The translations under genes were made by a program, and so were the position numbers. Under the pieces are notes generated by a model, which made no database searches, had not been told where the DNA came from, and was given only the letters and a program-made list of their open reading frames with translations. Shown here piece after piece: positions 1-7,180 of a DNA stretch of 29,865 bases (the stretch's first letter is position 1; each line of letters opens with the position of its first letter). Source of the stretch: a virus. Location: IMG/VR virus record IMGVR_UViG_3300021958_000018, positions 1 through 29,865 of that record; one strand, given 5' to 3'.

Positions 1-127
1 TTGAGAAGTATGCTTCAAGGTCTTTAAGTGTGATTTCAGTAGTCATTTTGTCTTTCCGTTTTTATTTGTATGCTTCATTGCCTACACTTATATAATAACA
101 ACATATTTACACACTGTCAACATATTT
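1..127. repeat. Terminal overlap, left copy. It is identical to 29739..29865 and indicates a circularly closed or terminally redundant assembly with a unique length of 29738 bp.
   Basis: Direct comparison of both ends: ttgagaagtatgcttcaagg...acactgtcaacatattt is present at both termini. Confidence 0.95.
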
Positions 128-140
128 ACACAACTTTATT

Positions 141-190
141 CAAAAAAGATCAAAAGAGGATCGCAGCGTATCCCTCCAGCCGCGATCCTC
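141..190 (-). terminator. Candidate rho-independent terminator downstream of the SWIM-finger gene.
   Basis: Perfect 9-bp stem gaggatcgc (156..164) / gcgatcctc (182..190). On the minus strand it is followed by ttttgatcttttttg. The loop is long (17 nt). Confidence 0.55.
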
Positions 191-240
191 AAAAGAACAT
201 TGATCGGATTATCCCCGATCCAACCAAGACGTATAAAGTA

Positions 241-627
241 TCACATATTCATAATTTGGACAGCGATCTCTTTTGCCTGCGGTGGCTTCTCAAGTACAAG
301 AGCAAGGGCGATGATGTGCTTGCAATAGCCCCCTTTTCTATAGTGACGATAAAAGAAAGATTTACAAGAGCATGTTGCGCGCCCCTCGCTATTGATTGCA
401 ACGTCATAGCCCTCTTCACCCGCCTTTCCTACTGTGGCGTGAAATACATACTTCTGCATAATGCTGATATGCGCCTGAAGATAATGCTTTGTCTCAAGTT
501 CGATCACTTTGTTGATGTGCTCTTTGACTTTCTTTGGATTGTCAGTTGCAAGCAGGTCATAAATTTGATCAAAGAAGTAGTCAATGATTCCCTTGCTGGC
601 TTTCTTGAATATGTGTATTTTGTACAT
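241..627 (-). CDS. SWIM-type zinc-finger protein (128 aa).
   Basis: CSCKSFFYRHYRKGGYCKH matches the CxC-x(n)-CxH SWIM signature. I moved the start to the ATG at 627 because it is preceded by caacaacggaatcaac (the recurrent RBS of this genome) and lies clear of the upstream gene's stop at 698. Confidence 0.7.
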   Translation of the reverse strand: MYKIHIFKKASKGIIDYFFDQIYDLLATDNPKKVKEHINKVIELETKHYLQAHISIMQKYVFHATVGKAGEEGYDVAINSEGRATCSCKSFFYRHYRKGGYCKHIIALALVLEKPPQAKEIAVQIMNM

Positions 628-697
628 GTTGATTCCGTTGTTGCAGATTCTAGAATGTGGAAAAGGGGAGCGATTGCCCCCCTGCTTTGTTGGTTGA

Positions 698-1063
698 TTA
701 GAATGGAAGTGCGTTTTGATCAGCGATTTCTGCATAGTGTTCAATTTCAAGATATATTTCAATTTCTTCTAAATCTCTAAGATCCTCGTCTTGGCAATAT
801 GTCCACTCTTCTAATTGATCTTCGTCTCTTGCGGTCAGGCGATCTTTCGATTCGATTTCGTCAATAATGTCCGTTTGAATAAAGCCTCTAACTTCTGCTA
901 ATTTCTTGTTGTGCTCTTTTCGTATTGGTTCAAGTCTTGCTTTGATTAAAGCCTCGATTTCTTGTTGCAGTTTTTCCAATTCGCTTTCGATTGCGTTTGC
1001 AGTTTGACTAACTTCTTTCATCATTGCTTTGAATTGATTTTTTGACTCTTTGCATATTTTCAT
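698..1063 (-). CDS. Acidic coiled-coil protein of unknown function (121 aa).
   Basis: The ORF follows a promoter-leader cassette with the RBS caacaacaacggaaagaca before the ATG. The sequence is heptad-like and rich in E, L and K. Confidence 0.6.
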   Translation of the reverse strand: MKICKESKNQFKAMMKEVSQTANAIESELEKLQQEIEALIKARLEPIRKEHNKKLAEVRGFIQTDIIDEIESKDRLTARDEDQLEEWTYCQDEDLRDLEEIEIYLEIEHYAEIADQNALPF

Positions 1064-1105
1064 TGTCTTTCCGTTGTTGTTGTATGCTTCATTGCTTACT
1101 CTTTT

Positions 1106-1137
1106 ATTATATACACATATTTACATACTATCTACAA
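1106..1137 (-). promoter_or_regulatory. Promoter-leader cassette copy B (degenerate).
   Basis: Minus strand reads TTGTAG...TATAAT with non-optimal spacing (17-20 nt depending on the hexamer chosen). It is followed by the conserved leader agcaatgaagcatacaacaacaacggaaag and contains an ACATATTTAC box at 1115..1124. Confidence 0.5.
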
Positions 1138-1203
1138 CTTTACACAAAATAGTTTATATTTTTCTGTGTAAATCAATCAGCACTTGATTTGTAGCCGATA
1201 GAA

Positions 1204-1446
1204 TCAACTATCTCTCAGGATCGCCCTGCTTGCATTGCTGTACAGGATCTCTTCTTCGCAGTCTGTTAACTGGCTCAATGCTTTGAGCAAAAAGACAAAA
1301 TATGCAGTCTTTGGAATAGACTTGCCGCGTATCCAGTTGCGTACATCCTTTCTAGATACGCCCGCCCGATCGGCTAATTGCTCGATCGTTATATCGTTGC
1401 GATTCATGATTGAAAGAAGCCACTTGCTAAAATTCGTTGTGTTCAT
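1204..1446 (-). CDS. XRE/Cro-type helix-turn-helix transcriptional regulator (80 aa).
   Basis: ITIEQLADRAGVSRKDVRNWIRGKSIP is a typical HTH_3 pattern. The gene starts 8 nt after the TerL stop. Confidence 0.75.
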   Translation of the reverse strand: MNTTNFSKWLLSIMNRNDITIEQLADRAGVSRKDVRNWIRGKSIPKTAYFVFLLKALSQLTDCEEEILYSNASRAILRDS

Positions 1447-1453
1447 TGTATCC

Positions 1454-2926
1454 TCATTGATGCATTTGCCAGCGCTTCAGAAAGGCGATCTCATATCGCA
1501 GAGCGTCAAGGGCGTGATCGTTTGATTTGTGAGGTCTGTCGCCTTTCTCACTCTTTGCCCATCTGTACAGCCTGAACTCTTTGATCAGTGCCTTGCAGTT
1601 GTCATGAATCACAAGATGGGGCTTGCCTGCTGCGTCAAGTGCAAGGCGCTCTTTTACCCAGTTGATTGTCTCAACTACTCCGAGATGTTTCGGGGCTGGA
1701 TGATTGTTGATCCCGCACTCTCTTTGTAGCGTGATCCGCCCGTCTCTTGATTCAGGATCGGCAACTGTCCATCTGTATTCCTCTTTGTATCGCCTTTGTA
1801 TGTTGTTCAAGGCGCGCCCATTTTCGAGGCTTGTCTTTTCAGTTTGATAGTATTCTCTGTACACGTGTAGCACGTCCTCTCTTTCATCATGAGCAAAGAA
1901 CAGACATGCAAAAGGATTGCGCACGCCGAAGTCGATCGCCCTGTCGCGTGGCCAGTGTGCAGGCGGTTCAAAAGACTCAACGATATGCACATTTCGATCA
2001 AACTCAGGATATACAATGCCCTGTTGATTTGTGAATTCTCCAAAGAGGCGCGATCGCTGGCTGGCTTCGCTCATGTGTGCAATAGCCTTGCGCATTTTGA
2101 CACTTGACACATAAGGATTGTCTAGCCCGCTGATCGTGTATGTGCCGTAGCCTGTCTGCGGATTCTCGATAAATACATCATGTACCCAAGTGATCCCCTT
2201 GAGCGGGGTCATTGTGCAGATCACTTTTCCTTTGTGATCAATACATCGAAGCATAGATTCATCAAAGATCGGCTTTGGGTGCTCTTCGTCAAGCACTACA
2301 AGAGACACCGCGCCCCCTTGAAATTTCTCTCTTCCTGACTCTGCTGACATGCTGAGAATCTTGCCGCCGTTAGGTAGAAGTGCATGTGCGCGATCTTGTG
2401 CTTTCCATCTGACAAACTTTGTGCCAATAGGACAATACTTTTCGATCTTTGGGCGTAGATATGTCAGTGCATCCCCATAAGAGAGCGCCGACACCCATAC
2501 TTCGCTTGGCTCCTTTGGCAAAAGATCAAGCGGGATCTGATTCAGTGCAGCCCATTCTTTTACCCACCAGCAATTAGAGCCAGCAGCAAAAGCAACAGGG
2601 ATCATGCCTGCGCCGCTTTCTGTCTTGCCGCTTCTATTCCCTCCACTCAGTAGAAACGCCTCAGAATGTCGCAAGGCGTGTACAATCCCCTCTCTTTGGC
2701 TTGTGCGCTTCTCTGTGATGTTGCAACGCTTACAGGTGTATAGCCCATTGCCTACAAACACCATAGGAGCGCCGCAACCCCGTTCTCTATCTGACTTACT
2801 GGCTAGCCCATCCCATCTATGGCAGTGTGGCGTCCACAGGCGGGCAAGGGCAAGCGGGTACTCTTTGGAGATTGTTTCAAGTTTATTGCTGACTTGAAGA
2901 TACTTGATCAGATTCCGTTTATCCAT
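1454..2926 (-). CDS. terL: Terminase large subunit (490 aa).
   Basis: Walker A GGNRSGKT, Walker B LVVLDEE, and C-terminal nuclease-type acidic motifs (DPESRDG, DHALDALRY). A Cys/His cluster lies near the N-terminus. Confidence 0.9.
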   Translation of the reverse strand: MDKRNLIKYLQVSNKLETISKEYPLALARLWTPHCHRWDGLASKSDRERGCGAPMVFVGNGLYTCKRCNITEKRTSQREGIVHALRHSEAFLLSGGNRSGKTESGAGMIPVAFAAGSNCWWVKEWAALNQIPLDLLPKEPSEVWVSALSYGDALTYLRPKIEKYCPIGTKFVRWKAQDRAHALLPNGGKILSMSAESGREKFQGGAVSLVVLDEEHPKPIFDESMLRCIDHKGKVICTMTPLKGITWVHDVFIENPQTGYGTYTISGLDNPYVSSVKMRKAIAHMSEASQRSRLFGEFTNQQGIVYPEFDRNVHIVESFEPPAHWPRDRAIDFGVRNPFACLFFAHDEREDVLHVYREYYQTEKTSLENGRALNNIQRRYKEEYRWTVADPESRDGRITLQRECGINNHPAPKHLGVVETINWVKERLALDAAGKPHLVIHDNCKALIKEFRLYRWAKSEKGDRPHKSNDHALDALRYEIAFLKRWQMHQ

Positions 2927-3027
2927 ACGGGGATAGTATCACATTTCATAAACTCTTGACACAAAAAGAGGAAGCCAGCAAGCCGACTCCCTCTAGAACT
3001 TTCAAACAAATCTTACAGGAAAAAAAT

Positions 3028-3198
3028 CTATCTCAGGTCTATGAGTGATCCTTGAATATACTCAGCAATAGAGCCACAGGGATACACAAGCCTTGTATGA
3101 TGATGTATTCTAACATATTGCAGCGCGTTGACAACATCTTGAAAGATTTGCTCTTGCCAGCCGTTGCCTTGTCCATTGTTGATCAGAAGTCTATACAT
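3028..3198 (-). CDS. Small ORF (56 aa) below the track cutoff, hypothetical.
   Basis: My own translation: MYRLLINNGQGNGWQEQIFQDVVNALQYVRIHHHTRLVYPCGSIAEYIQGSLIDLR. Its ATG overlaps the upstream stop (ATGTATAG). Confidence 0.3.
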   Translation of the reverse strand: MYRLLINNGQGNGWQEQIFQDVVNALQYVRIHHHTRLVYPCGSIAEYIQGSLIDLR

Positions 3199-3385
3199 TG
3201 CGCCCCCCTGCCATTTTGATCAACGCGTGCTCGATTGTATTGGCTACACTTTCAAGCGTGCCTCTAATCTGTGTTGCGCCTGTCTTGTGCTTGATTAGGA
3301 TATGCTCGCCCTGCGCTTGCACTGAGATGATGTTGAATACATTGAAGTAAACAGGCATCCCGTATCGATCTGTAAATTTGATCAT
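3191..3385 (-). CDS. Small protein, paralog 3 of a tandem trio (64 aa).
   Basis: Start reassigned to the ATG at 3385, which overlaps the stop of paralog 2 as ATGA. MIKFTDRYGMPVYFNVFNIISVQAQGE aligns with the other two paralogs. Confidence 0.55.
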   Translation of the reverse strand: MIKFTDRYGMPVYFNVFNIISVQAQGEHILIKHKTGATQIRGTLESVANTIEHALIKMAGGRNV

Positions 3386-3561
3386 TGAGCACCCCCGATC
3401 GACTTGATTTTCATGATCAACTCTTCCCACTTGTCAGCGCTTCGAATCACCGCCCCGCACTCAAGGAAGATCAGCACAAAAGTTTCTCGATCTTCCATAT
3501 GTGTAATATGTGCAAGATTCAACAATACGCGCTTGTCATTTGAGTCTTTGATAATAATCAT
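3382..3561 (-). CDS. Small protein, paralog 2 of a tandem trio (59 aa, not in the ORF track).
   Basis: My own translation: MIIIKDSNDKRVLLNLAHITHMEDRETFVLIFLECGAVIRSADKWEELIMKIKSIGGAQ. There are ATGA overlaps at both ends, and AAGGAG lies 9 nt upstream. Confidence 0.5.
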   Translation of the reverse strand: MIIIKDSNDKRVLLNLAHITHMEDRETFVLIFLECGAVIRSADKWEELIMKIKSIGGAQ

Positions 3562-3875
3562 TGTTGTTGCTCCTTATTGAATTGTAATACTTTGATTCTT
3601 TGTTCTGCTGTCTTACTGGCTTGCCTTTTATTGTCAAAGGCATGAAAGTCGACGCCTGCACGCTTGATCACATCAAGAAGATCGATCATGCTACCCTCAA
3701 CAATGAAAGAGCGCGCATTGTGCAGAGTTCGAACTTTACAAACTGAATCCGCGGAGGGCTTGCCTTGTGCTTCAATAGATACAATGTGATCCACGTTGAT
3801 CAATACTGAGCCAGTACGCACGATCTTGTCTTGCTCATTGATTCCCATAATGTTCAATCCGATAAATTTGTTCAT
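3558..3875 (-). CDS. Small protein, paralog 1 of a tandem trio (105 aa).
   Basis: A strong SD (AAGGAGG) precedes the ATG at 3875. GSVLINVDHIVSIEAQGK aligns with paralogs 2 and 3. Confidence 0.65.
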   Translation of the reverse strand: MNKFIGLNIMGINEQDKIVRTGSVLINVDHIVSIEAQGKPSADSVCKVRTLHNARSFIVEGSMIDLLDVIKRAGVDFHAFDNKRQASKTAEQRIKVLQFNKEQQQ

Positions 3876-3884
3876 GTCGCCTCC

Positions 3885-4178
3885 TTAGTCTCTTTCTGCG
3901 TTGATCTTTTGTGTATAGATGATGTATGCGCCGATTGCGTTTGCTTCAGGGTGCAAGCATTTTGCCAGTCTCCAAAGATAATGCACGGCTGGATATACGA
4001 GCCCGCCTTTCCACTTGTTGATCGATGAACTTGAAGTTTTGCACGCTGCTGCAATCTCTTTCACTGTCAGATCGGATACTGCGATCTCCGCACTGATGAG
4101 ATCAGCAAATGCGCCCTCTTTGCGTAGACGGACTACAGTGCGCCCCCAGTCTTTGATCTGTTGTCTTTCTTCTGTCAT
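3885..4178 (-). CDS. XRE-like helix-turn-helix protein (97 aa).
   Basis: LTVKEIAAACKTSSSSINKWKGGLVYP. Start moved to the ATG at 4178, which is preceded by acaacggagtcaaa. Confidence 0.6.
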   Translation of the reverse strand: MTEERQQIKDWGRTVVRLRKEGAFADLISAEIAVSDLTVKEIAAACKTSSSSINKWKGGLVYPAVHYLWRLAKCLHPEANAIGAYIIYTQKINAERD

Positions 4179-4192
4179 TTTGACTCCGTTGT

Positions 4193-4214
4193 AAAAGGGC
4201 GACAATAGCCGCCC
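4193..4214 (-). terminator. Weak hairpin, possibly an attenuator.
   Basis: Minus strand reads gggcg-gctattgt-cgccc followed by tttt. The stem is only 5 bp. Confidence 0.3.
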
Positions 4215-4232
4215 CGTGTTGATTGTGATTGA

Positions 4233-4487
4233 TTAGATTTTTTCTACTACTGACCAAGATCCTGCGCTTGTGTCGATTCCAGTTTGTGAAAGAAGATCAA
4301 GCACCATGTAAGGATTCTTTTTGATGTTCTTCTTTGTGAACTTCTTTGCGTCTGTGTATTGCTTTGTCTTGCTATTCCAAAAGCCACGCACTCGATTGAT
4401 TGTGCTGCTATCGGCTACATTTTCGCCATTGACTGAGACAAAGAAAGTATTGTATTCGTTAACTGTGATTTCTACTATGTTGAACAT
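4233..4487 (-). CDS. Hypothetical small protein (84 aa), first gene after promoter cassette C.
   Basis: The ATG at 4487 is preceded by aacaacggagcacaaa. No motif recognised. Confidence 0.6.
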   Translation of the reverse strand: MFNIVEITVNEYNTFFVSVNGENVADSSTINRVRGFWNSKTKQYTDAKKFTKKNIKKNPYMVLDLLSQTGIDTSAGSWSVVEKI

Positions 4488-4518
4488 TTTGTGCTCCGTT
4501 GTTGCTATGTACATTCTT

Positions 4519-4547
4519 AATATATCAACATATTTACAGACTGTCTA
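4519..4547 (-). promoter_or_regulatory. Promoter-leader cassette copy C.
   Basis: Minus strand reads TAGACA-N17-TATATT. ACATATTTAC-type boxes lie at 4528..4537 and 4547..4556. Confidence 0.6.
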
Positions 4548-4590
4548 CATATTTATACACTTTTGCACAAAATAAATTTACAGGCGATCT

Positions 4591-5025
4591 TCACTCTTCG
4601 TCGAGGTCTATGATCGGCGGCGCTATCTGTGCCATGCTCTGACTGACTTGCTCTGCTTCTTGTAGTAGTTGTGTAACGCTCATATTCTCAGGCGTGATTG
4701 CAATCTGTACTTGTGGCTCATCACGTTGCCCCCAGCCGCTCTTTTTCTCAAGCCACCACTGAGCAGCGCGCACGTCTCCCTCTTTCACTGCTCTGTGTAC
4801 GATTCCCATTGCCATAATGTCAGGACGTGCCTCAGCCTGTCGAAATTCCAAAACAAAATCATGATAGATCCCCTTGTTCGCTTGCTCGCCTCGTTTGATC
4901 CAGTTCATAAGCGTGACTAAAGTTATCCCTGCATGTTTGGCGGCTAGAGACTTCGAACCACCCACAGAGATCACTTGCAAGACTTCGCGCCGTGCTTTGT
5001 CAGTCAGTTTGCTTTTCCTGCCCAT
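4591..5025 (-). CDS. HTH protein resembling terminase small subunits (144 aa).
   Basis: The N-terminal GRKSKLTDKARREVLQVISVGGSKSLAAKHAGITLVTLMNWIKRG and a later AAQWWLEKK pattern resemble TerS-type proteins as I recall them. The gene is not adjacent to terL. Confidence 0.5.
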   Translation of the reverse strand: MGRKSKLTDKARREVLQVISVGGSKSLAAKHAGITLVTLMNWIKRGEQANKGIYHDFVLEFRQAEARPDIMAMGIVHRAVKEGDVRAAQWWLEKKSGWGQRDEPQVQIAITPENMSVTQLLQEAEQVSQSMAQIAPPIIDLDEE

Positions 5026-6667
5026 TGAGCACCTCTTGTATTCTTTCTGCTTTTGCCCAGTTCACACGCCCCTGTATGATTGGATAATAGTCTTCAGTCA
5101 TCTCACAACCTACAGCATTGAAGCCCTCAAGGATTGCACTTACAGCCGTTGTGCCACTGCCTAGAAACGGATCGAGCACTGTGCCGCCTTGTGGAGTCAG
5201 CAAGCGACAAAGCCAGCGCATTAACTTGATCGGCTTTACAGTTGGATGAAAGTTTTTAACGTGTTCAGCAGTGCGACCTGCGCCCGCTCTTGGGGATTTC
5301 AAGCCGTCCGATCCCTCTTTGCGTTGTGTTGCTTCTGCGCCTGTCTTGCCTGTCAAATGATCAAGCCCTGCCTCTTTCTCTGATCGTTGTGGCTTCTTGC
5401 ATTGATAGACGTTTGCAGGCCAGCGCCCATGCTTTGGATCATAAAAATATTCGTTTCTTAATGTTCCATCAGAAAAGCCCGAGACTGCATGCCCTCGACT
5501 TTGACTCGCTGATTTCTGCTCCGCTTTCAACTCGCTAGTATCTCCAAAATGACACTCATCCCCATAAGCAAAACGACCAGCATCTATATTGATCCCACCT
5601 GTACCCCATTTCAAGACATTCTCTGCAATACTTGAGCAGTCAGAATCTATTGGCTTTCTTGCAAGCACTGCGGGCTCTTGTGCTGGCTTGAGTGCAGTGC
5701 CCCAGCCTTGCCATTGTTGCGCTTGTGGGCTTGCGGGTGTTATTATATTGAAATCACCTGCATAAGTGCCAAAGACATTTTCTCCAATCTTGCCGCGATC
5801 TTTGCCGATCACTTTACGCTGATCAGATACTCCCAACTTTGAATCAATCGCTTTTGATATATCCAAACTTTTCGGAAATCCGCTTGTATATATCCAACTG
5901 ATCATGTCTCGAACTTCAAAGCCCGCTTCAGCAATAGCAACGCCCATCGGAAAGACAGTGCGAGATCCTGAAAATGCTACAAGATGCCCCCCGTGCTTCA
6001 ATACTCGCAAGCACTCTGACCACAGTTCGACAGAATACGCTATCCCTGTACTATCCCATGACTTGCCCATGAATCCGAGTTCATAGGGTGGATCGGTTAC
6101 GATTGAGTCTATGCTGTTGTCGGGTAACTCTTTCAGCATGTCGAGGCAGTTGCCCTTTAACAATCTGAAATCTAGATCAGATTCTACGTGCGGCGGTTCG
6201 ATTGCGTCTTGTGGCTCTCCGTCTCCAAATGGATTATCATCGTCTAGCCCGTCGAGCAGATCGTCAAGTTCGTGCTCTTCAAATCCTAGCACGCTCAAAT
6301 CTTCGCCTTGTTCTTTCAATCCAGTAAGAAGTTGAGACAGTTGATCAGTATTCCAGTCGGCTTTTTCTCCCAGTTTGTTATCGGCAATCATGAGCAACTC
6401 AGCATCCACAGGCGATAAATCAACATAGACAACGGGCACAGTTTCAAGCCCAATCTTTTGCGCTGCTTTGAATCTCGTATGACCTGCAAGGATCGTCCCG
6501 TCCTTATTGGCAATGATCGGGCTAGTGAATCCGAATCTTTTGATACTGTTCGCAATGCCATCAACTGCATGATCGTTGTGTCTTGGATTCTTGTGGTGAG
6601 GATGCAACTTGCCGATCCGCACAAACTCGCCCACTTTCTGCTCTTCTGTTGCTTCTTTGTCTGTCAT
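5000..6667 (-). CDS. ParB-like N-terminal domain fused to a beta-class N6-adenine/N4-cytosine DNA methyltransferase (555 aa).
   Basis: ParB-type KNPRHNDHAVDGIANSIKRFGFTSPII...GHTRFKAA. Catalytic SIVTDPPYE (DPPY). C-terminal AdoMet motif VLDPFLGSGTT. Confidence 0.9.
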   Translation of the reverse strand: MTDKEATEEQKVGEFVRIGKLHPHHKNPRHNDHAVDGIANSIKRFGFTSPIIANKDGTILAGHTRFKAAQKIGLETVPVVYVDLSPVDAELLMIADNKLGEKADWNTDQLSQLLTGLKEQGEDLSVLGFEEHELDDLLDGLDDDNPFGDGEPQDAIEPPHVESDLDFRLLKGNCLDMLKELPDNSIDSIVTDPPYELGFMGKSWDSTGIAYSVELWSECLRVLKHGGHLVAFSGSRTVFPMGVAIAEAGFEVRDMISWIYTSGFPKSLDISKAIDSKLGVSDQRKVIGKDRGKIGENVFGTYAGDFNIITPASPQAQQWQGWGTALKPAQEPAVLARKPIDSDCSSIAENVLKWGTGGINIDAGRFAYGDECHFGDTSELKAEQKSASQSRGHAVSGFSDGTLRNEYFYDPKHGRWPANVYQCKKPQRSEKEAGLDHLTGKTGAEATQRKEGSDGLKSPRAGAGRTAEHVKNFHPTVKPIKLMRWLCRLLTPQGGTVLDPFLGSGTTAVSAILEGFNAVGCEMTEDYYPIIQGRVNWAKAERIQEVLNGQEKQTD

Positions 6668-6861
6668 TTTCTGATTCCCTTGTATTCTTTCTTGATTGCA
6701 TCCCTGACTATTCTGCTTTTGCTCTTGCCTGTATATTCGTGTATTGTCTTGAGTTGCTTGATGCTCTCAGGTGTCATTGATAGGCAGACGTTTTTTGCTT
6801 TGACTGTAGCGCCGTGACAATCACACGGATCGCACTCACAGGCTGGACAAGGCTTGCTCAT
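6664..6861 (-). CDS. Ribbon-helix-helix (CopG-like) protein with an N-terminal Cys cluster (65 aa).
   Basis: LSMTPESIKQLKTIHEYTGKSKSRIVRDAIKKEY fits a strand-helix-helix pattern. The N-terminus reads CPACECDPCDCH. ATGA overlaps at both ends. Confidence 0.6.
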   Translation of the reverse strand: MSKPCPACECDPCDCHGATVKAKNVCLSMTPESIKQLKTIHEYTGKSKSRIVRDAIKKEYKGIRK

Positions 6862-7109
6862 TTTGTCACCAAGTACAAACGATCGGCAATATGTCGAGCG
6901 ATCACTTTCTGACAGTATACGGCGGGATCTTCGTTGTGGGCTACGGTTGCCAAGATGCTGATCTGTTGCATTTGTACTGGGGTGAGTTTGATGCTCAGTA
7001 GGTTGTCATTGTTTATGTGCTCAAGAGGCTCAAATCGCTCTGCTGTGGCTTCTTTTGTGCTCTCTCTGTCTGTCTTACTGATTTCTTTTGTTTTCTTCTT
7101 AGGTGGCAT
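6858..7109 (-). CDS. Probable ribbon-helix-helix protein with a basic N-terminal tail (83 aa).
   Basis: LSIKLTPVQMQQISILATVAHNEDPAVYCQKVIARHI has an RHH-like pattern. Confidence 0.5.
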   Translation of the reverse strand: MPPKKKTKEISKTDRESTKEATAERFEPLEHINNDNLLSIKLTPVQMQQISILATVAHNEDPAVYCQKVIARHIADRLYLVTK

Positions 7110-7117
7110 TTGTACTC

Positions 7118-7150
7118 CAAATAGAAAAGGGGAATCATTGCGATTCCCCT
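7118..7150 (-). terminator. Hairpin with a T-tract after the C5-methyltransferase gene. It is also a candidate operator.
   Basis: Perfect 9-bp stem aggggaatc (7128..7136) / gattcccct (7142..7150) with a 5-nt loop. The minus strand continues tttctatttgg. Confidence 0.6.
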
Positions 7151-7151
7151 C

Positions 7152-7180
7152 ACTATATAGAACTATTGTATCACTGTCAA
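7152..7180 (-). promoter_or_regulatory. Sigma70-type promoter for the RHH-RHH-methyltransferase-TerS-like operon.
   Basis: Minus strand reads TTGACA (7180..7175)-N17-TATAGT (7157..7152). The palindrome begins immediately downstream of the -10. Confidence 0.6.

Noticed and set aside
70-780. 236-aa plus-strand ORF.
   Set aside because: It runs antisense through a promoter cassette, a terminator hairpin and the SWIM gene. It has no RBS, and the minus-strand genes have motifs and RBSs.
2927-3027. Leaderless TerL promoter (TACTAT 6 nt before the ATG) and a hairpin at 2967..2994.
   Set aside because: There is no acceptable -35 at 16-18 nt spacing (the nearby TTGACA is on the wrong strand). The hairpin has only a 5-bp stem and an 18-nt loop.
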